This document shows positions 27,958 through 41,290 of a stretch of 64,000 bases of DNA, in pieces; position 1 is the stretch's first letter, and each line of letters opens with the position of its first letter. A program made the position numbers and the translations under genes. This DNA comes from Syncephalis fuscata S228. Its lineage: Eukaryota; Fungi; Zoopagomycota. The stretch is taken from assembly GCA_025786725.1 (NCBI GenBank), contig JAHLTZ010000015.1:496001-560000 (forward strand). The letters are read 5' to 3'. The notes below the pieces were generated by a model. That model worked only from the letters and a program-made list of their open reading frames with translations, had not been told where the DNA came from and ran no database searches.

Positions 27958-30099
27958 ATGCCTCGACATCCTCCGCACGCCGTATGGACACCGCAACAAA
28001 CTAATGCGCTGCTGCGTATACACTCCGAAGAACATGCCAGCTGGGTTGATCGTGGCCGTCCTTGGGGCGGCTATGTGTTCAAGAACGTGGCATCGCGCCT
28101 TAATGCGATACCGAACTTGTTTCCTGAAGCACGCACTGAAATGCAATGTCGTATGAAATTGTACAGTTTAAAACGAGCCAGCGAAACGATGGCACGTCGT
28201 GTATCCGAAAAAAATGAGCGCTTTGAGCGCATCACAACTGGGAACAGCATAGTGATCAAGCTCATGACGATCAGAATAGCGACGACCATCACGACGCACA
28301 AAGCAAAGAAAATATAACAAAGTTTCGGTACGGTGATTCTGTTGATAATCATAGCGATAATATGCATAAACGATTGCGCTATAATAGCTACTCCCATGCA
28401 AGGTAAGCGGCATTGGCATTATTAAATGTAGAAAAATACATTTAGCCGTATAAAATATATATCCAGCCATTAAAAATAGCAATTATCCAAATTAGTCTAA
28501 TCTGTTTACAAATTATAGAAATATGGCCAACGGTTTTAATCCTGACAATCCTGAAATGGCGCGCTCACCGGTAAGTAGCCAATTGTAAAACTGGTGTATC
28601 TTAATGTTTGGCATTTTATGGTAGAACCATCCTTATAATCAGCATCCATCTACGGAACGCCATCCAAGCTATGAGAATATACATTTAAATTATAATAATA
28701 ATCATATGGCACCACCAATGCCGCCGCCACCTCCACCACCACAACAGCAACAGCAACAACAACAGCAACAGCAGCCACTTTCTCATCTTAGAGAATCAAA
28801 TGGCCATTTGCAGTCACAGCCATATTATCATCCTTCAGAATATCCATATCCCCATCCTCCGCCATCACAGTCACAACCAGTTCGATGGGCTTCACAATTA
28901 CCAGAAACGCCTAATCATCCTCCGCCCAACCACCCGCCACCTAGTCGCTTTATTGAAGAATACTCGGTAAATCAATCATCACAGCAAAAGTCTTTACATT
29001 ATCCATCACGAAATGATGAATCTAAAAACAATAAATATATGTCTGCCAATACGCCACAGTATCGAAATGATACTGACAACACAGCACATAGTTCACCGCC
29101 GGTATTAGGACGGTCGACATCACCTGGCGGATCATCTATGTCAAGAATTAGTCCATCAGACCATAACTCGGCTAGTCCTGGCGCTTCATCTGGAATGCCA
29201 AACAAGCCTAACACTTTATTTTCAATGCAAATCACCAACAAGCCAGCAACAAAAGCAACACCATTGATGATCAGCGATGAAGCATCTGCCATGGAAATAG
29301 GCAGTGAGCATGATAGCGTACCAGCTATAATATCACCAGCATCTGATATGGATACAGAGACGCCAACCACGTCATCTCTTAGAACATCGCCTATACCCGG
29401 TCGTACTCTAGAACACCGTTAACACGGCCTAATCGTTCAATGTCGACCAACGAATCCTACAGCTTTCCCAGTAATGCAACCTCTCCTTTTTCGACAGCCA
29501 CAGCACGCTTTTATCCAGCTGCATCCAATGGACCTCCTGGACCGCCTATGGCTTCGACAATGTCGCAGGGTGCCGTCTATTCTGTTACAACGGAACCAAT
29601 TATGAGAAACAGCCTCTATATGGAAGACCGTTGGACAGAAATGGTGCGGATGCAGCGAGAGCATGAACACGCTCAATTCGAACTACTTGAACGTAATCGG
29701 CGTGAACTTATCGCCTATGTTGAAAAACAACATGAAGTTAGTCAACTGCAAGAAGAGCGACGCTGGCAAAGAATAGTTGATTTGGATATAGCTCGCGAGA
29801 AAAAATTCTGTGAACGAGAGGAAAGATTGATAGCGACACTGGAAGCTGCTGATTCGCGACGAGAGAAACATATTATAGATATTGAAAAAAGACTACGTGA
29901 AGATGCGGATGCTCGTGAGGCACACTGGAAACAAACACTGACTGAGTTGTCTAACCAGCAAACAACATGTTACACGCATATGTGTGAATTACTTGCTTTA
30001 CGTAAACCCGACTTGACTCATAAATCTGCAATGGCCACCGCTCTTACCGTGGTGTCTACCAACGAGAATAGCAATGACGGTACCGTCTCACCATTATAG
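27958..30099 (+). CDS. Myb/SANT-like (trihelix-type) DNA-binding protein with P/Q-rich middle and C-terminal coiled coil (introns; apparent frameshifts near 28220 and 29402)
   Basis: WTPQQTNALLRI...VFKNVASRL...RTEMQCRMKLYSLKR resembles Myb_DNA-bind_4. Splice sites and +1 corrections link ORFs 27937, 28706 and 29440. Confidence 0.65.
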
Positions 30100-30679
30100 A
30101 CATTACCTCATTCAAGATGAATCGTTTTTTTTGAAATTGTGATTTTTACTTAATTTTTTCTTTACTACTTGTTTTTGCTGAAATAACGAACAATTGCCAT
30201 ACTTTAGTTTTTCTTTCTACGTTTTTTATTTCATTTCAATGAACATTACTTATGAAAACACAGCTACTACTTAAACAGCTACTATTTAAATTGTTGATGC
30301 ACACTACATTGGCACCAACAAGCAATATGATATTTTTAGTAATTATTACTCTATAACATTATCAGCTATCTGGTAATTTACCAATTTTGATATATTAAAG
30401 CATTTTTGGTATAGTGGAATTCTTAGTAATATTTGCAATTGTCCACATATTATGCATTAACATTTCAATATTAGAATAATGCTATTGTTTATTAGACGTA
30501 CTTTATATTTATATTTATATGCCATTAAAACGCGTTTTTAGACTGGATAAATCTCTGTTGTTTTAATCAAATTGGCATTTTACAATAGATTAGTAATACT
30601 GCTGATATAATTTGTTTTTATTGTTATAATGAATTATAATGATACTATAAAATAAAGTAACATTTATAAACATGGCTAA

Positions 30680-31737
30680 ACTTTACTTTGCCTTTCACGT
30701 TTTGAGTCCCCAAAGTAAAATTTGTTTCAATCAAAGTCATGCCGTTATTATGCACAACATAGTTATATTGTTTCCTATTAAAATATTGTTAATAAATTGA
30801 TTTAAATAAAAAATGTAACATACTATTTGATTTTGAAAAAAATATTTGAGATTAATTATTATTGTTATTGGCCATGTGTAGAAAGATTGATTGATATTAA
30901 TAGAAATCCTTGATTGCAATTCCATGTCATTCTGCATTTGTTGTTATTGCATCTACGTACAGCATGAATTCCTGCATCCAAATGCTTTCCTGTATATTTT
31001 AATATTCTGCTATTGCATTTTAAGCATATTTGTGATGTAAGATCAATATCAATATAATTATTATAAAAGTCGTTTATTAAACAACCACTTTTCCTATAGC
31101 CAATCTGACTAAATGAAGGACAATATATTTATATTCAAGCAATAATAAAAATAACTAATTAATCACATTGTTGTATTGACAATTACACATGAATTGATTA
31201 ATGTTAGATGCAGTATTATACATGAAATATTAATAAATAAATGTTTAGTTGTGTCTAAAGCATTAAGAAAAAGAGTGTGAAATGGGTAAATAAAGATTGC
31301 AAAAGTCAAATTACAATAGTTTACTAATATTCAATAATTGCTAAGTAGACTCATGTGATTCAGTGTCAAAAAATCAAAGCTAACATCCTTTACTTGATTG
31401 AACTACGCATTTATTGTCCTACTAGACATGGAACTGGATGGTAAGTTATATTAAGTATTTAATTATAATGCTTTGAATACTTTACAGCAACAATAACATG
31501 GATTAACATTTATTTATTTATTATATTTTATTGTAAGTAATATGAAGTACTGTAACATTTATTAACACTAACATTAGACATTAAAAATTGCGCGGGCTGG
31601 TTCAACTAATTCAATTGGAGTTGATGTGCCACTGCTTCAACAAACCTCTTCTCAGTAGTAAAAACTGATCAACAGTTTATTTGAGTTATGGATTTTTTGT
31701 CCCCAGTTTAAGGATAGGGAGTAAGACTAAAATAGCT
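30680..31737 (+). mobile_element. Non-autonomous internally deleted derivative of the Fanzor-carrying element
   Basis: 30800-31510 is nearly identical to 46750-47460. It then joins directly to the tail found downstream of the Fanzor stop (47925-48113), with no Fanzor coding remnant. Confidence 0.65.
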
Positions 31738-32159
31738 CTATAATAATATAGCTATTATTATATACAGTATGGTACTGAACAGCTTATTGTTATCATTATA
31801 ATGTAACTATTTTTATACCAACTTCATTGCATTTCAATAGACATACGTAACTGTGTAACCATCATACGTATACAATTAATAAAAGTATGCCTTGTAAACT
31901 AGGCTATTAGCGTCCAATATGGCTATTGATTTCTCGTGGAATTCAATAAAATATCGAATTATTGTGTTGTAGATATTTAAATATTAATAAAGATTCGTGA
32001 GAAAAGTATCAGCATCATAAGACTGAACAGTCTAATACATGTTCTAATTGTCATTGTGTAGCTTCAGCTTGTTTTAGACATTACAGCGCATGACCTTTCT
32101 TTCTACTTGCACTTGCTACTATCCATTCTGTCTATAGCATATCAATTGTCAGCACAACT

Positions 32160-33960
32160 ATGCATTTGGCTACGTATAATAAAGATTTTTGGCAAAACTG
32201 CGACATTTTACTGTATTTATGTCCCTTTATGGATGGCCGAGAACTAGTACTGTTTGCTAAAAGTTGTCAGTTTTTTTATAAAACAATAGAAGATCAGCCT
32301 GATTATTAGGAACAACAATATAGACATTTTATCTAGGCGATCAACATGAACGATAGTGGCTTATATGTTATAATTGGCATTTTTATGGTACAACAAAATC
32401 AAAGAAATCTAAAGCCGGTGCAAACAAGAAGTAACGAAAACGTTCATTATCCCTATCAGTACAGCTGCTGATAATGATAATAATGAATATACACCACCTA
32501 CTAAATATTTAACGTCTATTTCTAATTTTGATACTGTTAAATGGTTCTATGCCTATCGTCAGCGTCGACTGGCTGAGCCTAACTTTATGTCAAGTCGATG
32601 CAACTTGTGGGAGTGTCAGTTACCAGTTAAAGGGTTGAGGGCACTGGAACTAGCCAATGTAAATCCTTGGTATGCATTGGTATGGCACACAGAGAAATCA
32701 AGAATACGGGCAATTCAGCATAAGCTTAGGAAGAAAAATAGAAAAGGCGACAAGATATTAATATGCAAAGGACTGGCCACTTCTTTACCGCCATATTTAT
32801 CTAATGGTGAAATCCGAATCAACTCTGTCGTTGAATCAAATCAGTTTGCTATAACCTATGGTTTTATAAACGCAGCAATTAATCTAGAAAATATAAATAT
32901 TGACGGCCCAGTAGGTAAATGATAATAACTAACACTAATGACTACACCAATTGTTTATTAATATTATCGACAATAGTAAATTTAAGTAAACTGAAAACGC
33001 TGCGCATTGGAAAAGTGAATCTAAAGCTTCCAATGCTTCAGATAAACATTCTACTATGCCCTCAGCTAGTAAATATTTAAAAAAGCAAAAAAATGCGTTG
33101 GTAAAATGTAATGTTGGTATAATCTTGTGCTGGCAATTCATTACCAATATATTTGTCTCCAATCCAAAAAGTAATGTTAAAGGAGAGCAAAGCATGCCTA
33201 ATTTAATTACTATTTATAATAATTGGGTTCTTTACCGAACCCATTATATAAAAGATTTATGCCACACATTTGATTTGTTTGATTAAAAAAGTCGATGGGT
33301 AAAAGTTCAAAGTATCACAACAAATTATCAAACGCTTGTATTCAGTTTGCTTCTTTCAAGCAATACTAGTTGCTAACATGGACGGTGATACGCAACTCTG
33401 CAGAAACTAACACTGACACCGCACCATCTAATACTCAACAGTCTCAACTTACCAATAACAACAATCAGTTGATGCAAATACAATGGAAGTTACTGGATGT
33501 TCAAAAAAAAACAGCATCAATGCCAAAAAATATTATTCAATACAATCAGCGTTTCATATTGCTCAAACGCCAGAATTCGGGCTGAGACATATACAGAAAA
33601 TGTTGTTCAAAACTGTGCTACATTTGATGTACACGATGCTCGAGATGGAGATTTGTTGCGCTCCATTAAATGCTATTGCTACGAAAAACTTACACTCTTT
33701 TTTGGCCCTTTATGCGTAGCACTTAATGGAGAATTTGGCAAAAGTTGGCTTGTTAATATGTAAACAGGTCGTATTTACGATCCACCTTCTTCTATGATTC
33801 AAACGAAAGTGTATATAACTATCCTACCTCTTATCTTCCGTTGAAGCAACAACACCAATCCGCAGGTACTCTATGAAGGCCAAACCTTCCGGTTATAGTA
33901 TATCAAATGTTATTATTGGTCAACTGTCATCGTTCGATGGTGTCATATACGAAGCAATAA
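32160..33960 (+). pseudogene. Degraded F-box-like protein pseudogene
   Basis: MHLATYNKDFWQNCDILLYLCPFMDGRELVLFAKSCQFFYKTIEDQPDY*EQQY is F-box-like, followed by WFYAYRQRR. Several in-frame stops and frameshifts, broken short ORFs. The 3' limit is approximate. Confidence 0.45.
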
Positions 33961-34034
33961 GCATGATATAACTATAGTTATACTGTGATATGTCTTGCTA
34001 TTATTACTATTTACTGAACTATCTAAACAAACAA

Positions 34035-34342
34035 AGCTGTTTCACTTTATGCCTCCTAGCCTCAAACTAGACAAAAATATCCATAATTCGAATAACAAAC
34101 CGTCAACCAGTTTCTACTACTGAAAGTGTCATTTGTTGAAGCAAGGCTATATCAATTTCAATTAATCCAATCGGAGCTGAATTAATCTGCATTGTTCAAT
34201 ATCCAATATTAATAAATGTTATAGTGTTTCATGTTACTTACAATAAAATATAATAAATAGATAAATGATAGTAATAAATGACTACTAATCCATATTATTG
34301 TTGCTGTAAAGTATTCAAAGCATTATAATTAAATATTTAATG
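34035..34342 (-). repeat. Inverted copy of the Fanzor-element 3' tail (candidate omegaRNA-like sequence)
   Basis: The reverse complement matches 31450-31737 and 47400-47455 + 47925-48113 (GCTTTGAATACTTTACAGCAACAATAA, TTATTGTAAGTA, GCTTCAACAAA, TCAGTAGTA). Confidence 0.75.
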
Positions 34343-34589
34343 TCATTCACCACCCACCATCATGTTTAATAGATTGAGTGTTATTAAAAATAGCCATTTT
34401 AACCATAAATTATACTAAATGGCTAATAAATTCAATTAGATTGTATAATATTGTTAAATGACATACAATATTTATATTAATACAACAGCACTAATACAAT
34501 CAAATAGAACAATTAACCAAATAATTATTGATATCATTGCTAAAATGGTTGTAATTATAGTGAATGTAGCTCATTGTAATATGTTAATA

Positions 34590-34800
34590 TTCGATCAATC
34601 TTTCTACACATGGCTAACAACAATAACAATCGGCCTCAAATGTTTTAAAGTAGCCAAATAGTATGTTACATTTTTTATTTAAATCAATTTATTAACAATA
34701 TTTTAATAGGAAACAATATAATCATGTTGCGCATAATCGCACAACTTTAATTGGAACAAATTTTACTCTAGGGACTTAAAATAAGAAAGTCAAAGTAAAA
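34590..34800 (-). repeat. Inverted copy of the 5' part of the same element family
   Basis: The reverse complement matches 30680-30900 (AAACATTTGAGGCCGATTGTTATTGTT...TGTGTAGAAAGATTGAT). Confidence 0.75.
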
Positions 34801-36143
34801 CCCAACTAAACAAACAAATATAATAACGTATTACAATTGTTTGCATTGCTACATTGACATTCATGTTAATTATTTAATAGTAGTACCAATAGCTTATTTA
34901 GTTAATTGCCATTTTACTTTTCTATTACTTTACTTTATTCTACTATATAATAGGCATGCTATATACAAGAGCACTGCCTGTTTGTTGCTAACTCTAACAT
35001 TTTTATCGCCATGTTTTATATTGTATTCATGTTATTATATATTATAGCTTATTTAGCTTAATAAAAAAAGTTGTTTTTTATTTATACGTCCGATTCGAAT
35101 AGCGCACCATTTCTGCCATTGCTAATTTCAATTTCTTTGGCAGTTTCCAATTCTGTACAGAGACTAGAATTGATCCCCGCTGGCATTAATGTGCCTGGAT
35201 GGCCGACAGGCACTTACTTGTTTTCTGTTCTATATTGAGCCTGCACGCACATACACACACGCACGCACACGCAGGCGCTAAAACACCTCCCAGTCACAGT
35301 CTTTAAACTTATCCTACTCTTGTACAGTCGCCTTGTTGTTAGTATTGTCTCATCTCGCAACATCTCTTGACTATTGTTTGGTCTATTTATGTTATATTTC
35401 TTACTTATAAACTATTTAACTGGCAGGCTTATTGTACAGCGTCTTTATTCTTCATTATCGGTCGATTTATAGCAGCAACGTTTTGCACCAGTACCACTGT
35501 AACACCGTTATTGCAAGGCAAGTACATAGCGAATATTAGTGTGCCGAAAGAGATGGCGGTCATGGCGTAAACGTATTTTGACTTCTATATCTATTTATAC
35601 ACTGTAAACTACTGCCTCCATCACCGCTACTGCGACATAGTTCGCCCTTTAACTTGCTTACTTACCATCATTGTTCCTTTTAAGTGCATGTTGCATGAGA
35701 ACGTGTACCTGTTTCCACTCCCCGCAGCTCCTTACTCTTTCTCGCCTTTTCTTTTTTCAGCTGAACTACACAGTAAAGTGGATAATTATTATTATTATTA
35801 TTATTATTGCTGCTATTGCTGCATTTACTGCTACTGCTATTATAGCGCCTTATTTATGGCTTGAAAAACGCTACAGCAGCTCAACCTACTACCTTTGGCT
35901 GACTTTATATCTAGACTATTATACCGTTTAGCGCCAAAGTGTACTTCTTTAATAGCGACAACCTGTCTTCTTTCTATCCGTGTATGTAGGCCATTTGAAC
36001 GTACAGAGTAATACGTGTAGTCCAATTGACCTTCTCCAGCCGTACTGAGATTTTGGCCAACATCATTTACAACCAGCCGACTTCATCTCCGGCTTGTATT
36101 CGTTTTTTATTAATAACTACAATTTTATCATATTGTTTTCATC

Positions 36144-39100
36144 ATGGGGAACGTGCATGGTCATGCCGTCGATTTTAATGCCGAAGGTAAAGCAATTTGC
36201 ACCCAAAATATAACTGCACAGGTACTAATAATTTACCATGGCTGCAGCGACCTTAATGCACTTTAATCTGCTGCGAAGTGTTGGACGCGGTAGTTTCGGC
36301 AAAGTGCGTATTGTAGAGCGTAAAGATTCGAAGCAAGTATATGCGTTAAAATACATATCTAAGCGAGAATGCATTCGTATGGACGCACTCCGCAATGTAT
36401 TTCGCGAACGTAACATTCTTGAGTCTATTGATCACCATTATGTTGTCAATCTACGCTTTTCATTCCAAGATGATGACTATATGTACATGGTTACAGACTT
36501 GATGTTAGGTGGCGATTTACGGTTTCATTTATTGCGAAAACAATACATCGAAGAAGATGAAATGCGCCATTGGCTGGCGGAACTTGCGTGCGGACTTGCC
36601 TATTTGCATAGTCGCGGCATTATGCACCGCGACGTGAAGCCAGACAATATCTTACTTGATGAACACGGTCATGTCCATTTGACCGACTTTAATATCGCAA
36701 CGCATATCAATCAAGGCCGACGTATTACCTCTGAGTCAGGTACCTATGTTTATATGGCTCCAGAGATGTTTACTGGCAAAGGTTATACACAAGCAGTCGA
36801 CTGGTGGGCTCTTGGTGTGATTTTCTACGAAGCGATGTATGGACGACGACCTTTTAGCGCATCCAACAATGATATGCTAAAGCGAAAGATCCGTGACGAA
36901 CAGCCAAACTTTCCAGCCATTGGAAAACAAGGACGGGCTTTGTCGATCGACTGCATTGAAGCAATGATGATGTTCATGGAACGTGATCCTGAACGGCGCC
37001 TTTGTTGTGGTGTTGAAGGCTGGCGTGAGTTACGACGGGTTCGTTTCTTTGAGCACATCAATTGGTCGCTACTGGAACGCAAAGAACTGCCCCCAGTATT
37101 TGTGCCTGATTCGGAACGTGCCAATTTTGACGTAGCCTACGATTTAGAAGAGCTACTGATGGAGCAGGAACCATTAGAGGCACGACCACGTCGTAAGACA
37201 GATTTATCACAAATGAGCAAGGAAATGCAATTAATCGAAAAGAGATTTAAGACATTCGACTATTTGCTCTATGAACGATATACCGGTCTTGTAGATTCTG
37301 ATCGTATGTGTGTTGGTGAGCCACCTTCATGGGTAAAGTGTGTCGATCCACCACCACCACCTGGCTCGGATCGGGACAGCGGTATTGGTGATGCATCTCG
37401 TGGTAATAGCGAAGAAAATGGCCTACAAGGACAGGCACATCCTAAATCAGCCGACCAGAATCGTAGAAGGCCGAATGCAGGAAAGGGCAGCGATAACGAA
37501 TCACGTCGTAGTATTTCCAGTCTAAAACAAGCATTGTTTAGCGGAAGAAAGTGGGGGCACAAATCGCGTGATCAAAATAATAGCGCAAGTGCTATTATGG
37601 CAGGCAATACATCAACTACCAATGGTGAGCATAAATGGCAGAGTCAGTCTCGTAGTATAAATGGTGCCAATTTGGCACGTGCATCGGCCGATGGATTTGA
37701 CATTATGACTGGTGCAATGAGAAGTCCAACTGAAGCGGCCAAAAGTCCATTACGATTACATAGTATAGGCCGACAGGGACAGGCTATTATTTCAGGTGAT
37801 AGTATTGGTGATGGATCGCACGATGAATCGCCGCCACCACTTATGTTGCAAACACGTAGTAGCGGAAGTAGTCGACGGCCTGCGTCACGTCTAGGGTCGG
37901 ACGCGGCGATTAATGCCGTCTATTCAAGTCAATCAGGCACACAGTGCGAATCGCCAAAATCTGGTCCATTCATCGATACAAATCTGCCGATTATTACACA
38001 TTCGGCCAGCTTTTCGCGCGATATGCGACTACAAGACGACGATATGCTATACTTGACATCAATGGAGACCACATCCGGCATTGAGATACAATCGCTGATG
38101 CCGCAGACGACATATCCGCAAGAACTCAACACGCCTACCTTTACGGATGCTCAACCGGTCGAGCGCTTTTGGTAATCCTCTAACAGCAGAATTTGTACCG
38201 CGCTTTATTGCATGCATGTTGCGCTATTTTTTATGTCAGGCCGGCAGCTGCCAGCTGTCTTTTGCATTCCAATTCATTCCGCATTATTTTCATCATCTTA
38301 TCTATTACAGAAATCTGTATTTGCGAATTTATTTCGATTTAACATCTATATCGTATTAACGATGAGGCCGACTATACATTGTTTATGTGGGATTGTGTGC
38401 GTGTAGGAGAGGGATGTTACGGTAGCAAATAAGCAATAGATATTGCTAATATTAATCTATTACATGTTGAATAGCATTGGTATTCATAATTCATTTACTG
38501 GTTTATCCAGCTATATATATATTTATATATTTATATTTATTAACAATTGAAAGAAACTTACTAATAATCAATTGAATAATTGATCATTTGAAATGACGAT
38601 GTATCATTAATATTATATCTTTTACGTATTATAGGTCGTCCACACCACTAATTCCATCTCCATGTCAATTACTGGTGGCAGGTGCGGTTGCTGCTTATCA
38701 TGGCTGGCCTAAAAGCACTGTAACACAGGCAGGTCGACCTACTGCCGCTTGTTCACCTGCGGCCAACACCGAAGGTTGCTGGCTTAATAACGGAAGTGCA
38801 CCAATTAGTGATTATTGCAATACTCGCATTAAATCAGCCAAACCTTTAAAGCAGCAACATACGACTAATATAAATGATCAATCAATCAATAATAATGAAA
38901 CAAATCAAGCTGATTCGACTGCTAATACAACTACTGCTTCCGAATTAAATACATATTTATTAGCTAATTCGACGAAAGCGATACTTTCAAACAATTGTCC
39001 AGCTATTCGTAACAATTCGAACCGAAAGCCACGATCTTCTTCTTTAGGAGCCATTGCTCTTACAAGCCCTTTATTTTCAAGCATGTCGCGGGTTAACAAT

Positions 39101-39253
39101 AGCGAGTTGACCGAATCAACTGAGTCAACCGATCTTCATGCTGATACAACGTGTGACGGAAGTCTTATGGGCAAATTAGCTGCAGAGCGTCCATTAACGC
39201 CAGGTGCTTTCCCTTCGTCTCAAGATGCTGACTCGAAAATGTGCATGCGCTAA
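36144..39253 (+). CDS. AGC-group STK32/YANK-family Ser/Thr kinase (short first exon; probable extra terminal exon 38635-39253)
   Basis: MGNVHGHAVDFNAE|ATLMHFNLLRSVGRGSFGKV, DLMLGGDLRFHL, HRDVKPDN, LTDFNIA and ANFDVAYDLEELL are STK32 signatures. Confidence 0.88.
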
Positions 39254-39501
39254 TTAATATACTGCCCAACTATAATACCATTGTTCTTTATTTAGACTGT
39301 ATTCTAGGTACCAACAGTCAGTCATTATGTTAGCAGCTTAACTATTATAACACGTTCCAACATGCTACAATTATAATTATAAAATATAATATTTACATAT
39401 ACATACATATATATGTTTATTATATTAATGCTATTATATTATTCAAAATGAATTTATTTAATCATTTAGCTGTTTTTATAAATGAAATAACAGCCAAATA
39501 A

Positions 39502-40617
39502 CTACAGTTCTGCGTGCTCTGTATCTGCATTTTTGCCAGTTTCTTGCTTTGATTTTGGCTTCTCTGCTTTGGGTTCAACTGGAGAGCAGTTTTGAGGGAA
39601 ATAGCGGTAAAGTGCACACTTGCCAGCACCAACTAGAAAGTCAGGAAGGCCAACTTCATTTTTAGGTGGTGCCCAATCCTTTGGAATACGTTCATCAATT
39701 ACAAACGAATCGATGGATGAAGTGTGGATTTTGCCATTTCGGCCAAGAACAAGAAGTAAAGCAGAACATTCACCATGGGCCAGCTTCTGCGGATTAAGAC
39801 CAAACTCAACGTTGCGTGTATCGGCCTCGTCAGTAAGTGTTTTCTTCTCTTTAATCTGAGCCAACTCTTCATTTGATTGTATCTGTCGTAGATTACGGGC
39901 ACGTGCCACTGCATTATAATCCAAAAACCCATCTTTATCGGCAAATCCCTTTAGTTGTTCTACAAGCGTTTTATCAGCACGCCAATGACGGTCTTTTCCT
40001 AAGGCTGGCCGGTAATCTTGTCGTGTAAACGATACATCGTGCTCGATAAAACCATGACGCTGTAAATCGGACAAATCAAAGACAAGTCGTCTTCATTGGC
40101 AGTGTCTTTATCGGCACCAGATCGAGCATGCATTATCGGTTTAACACCATCGACAAGTGTATTACGTACAGTTGGCGACAAGTTGATATGGCCCAGTGCA
40201 CTATTAAGTGCCTTGCTATTGATATTTCGGCCATCTCGTGGTCTAAAACATTATTATTATTATTATTATTTATTATTATTATTATTATTATGACAAATCA
40301 TAAGTTTGTAGCTAATATAGCAATACGTGTCAATCTACTTACAAGTAACCGTGATTGGCCAATGTATTAAGCAGAGGACAAGGCGAGCGGGCACCATTTT
40401 CCGCTTTCTTGAAAGGTAATGGATGCCAGTCGGGCACACGGTTTCCGTCGTAGCGCATCGTAAGCGCATCCTTTGGCCCGTCAATCAGTGTTGACAACGA
40501 ACTATAGATTTTATAAGCAGCGAAGCCCATAGTACCAAGAACAAGGATCATAGGAAGAGTGATACTTTTGTTGGGTGCCGGCGTAACCTTTGGCGGTGGC
40601 GTATCGTTGAATTTCAT
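39502..40617 (-). CDS. Heme-thiolate peroxidase / unspecific peroxygenase (chloroperoxidase family; apparent frameshift near 40087)
   Basis: RSPCPLLNTLANHGYL|PRDG (PCP heme ligand) and IEHDVSFTR motif. Confidence 0.9.
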
Positions 40618-41290
40618 GTTGATAGATTTATGAACTTGACGTAGTAATCGCAGGCAAAAAAGGACAATAAAGAGAACAAAAACAACTGTAGCGAATGACG
40701 AATGCACGACGGTTTATTTGTTCCATTTGGTGTAACACGAGTTCAATTTGTGTCTTATGTTAATAAATAACGCTATTTGCAAATAAATGGTCCAATTCCT
40801 TAGTAATGATTAATTATCAGTTTTATTCACAACCTATTTATTATTAGATCAATAACCAATGTATATATCATTTTATAGATTGTATAATAATAGTACACTA
40901 TTCATCAAATACTGTTTATTTTATTTATTTATTAAAAGTTTATAAACTCAGCTATGTATTTTTAAATTAAATAAGCTTAAGTTATACAGTCACTGGTTTA
41001 CAATACATTTAGCGGATATCACATTTATCGCAGTGCAAATTTTTGCGTTGGCGATTTGACCAATTACAGCAAATAATTATCTACTTTTTTCTGTTTGTCA
41101 GCTCATTGCCTATTCTCATCTTATTTTAATACACATTCGCTAACCGCTTGTAGTGTGTGACGTTAACGAATATTCTATTGTACTGCATAGCCAGTCCCTG
41201 AACATAATAGGGGTGATATAGGGGGCACAGTCACTGACAGTACTATATGTCTTGCCAATTTTAAAAGTAAAAAATTGAAATCGCTAAATC

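Noticed and set aside
40249-40290. (TTA)n, (TA)n and (GT)n microsatellites here and elsewhere
   Set aside because: Ordinary intronic or intergenic simple repeats.
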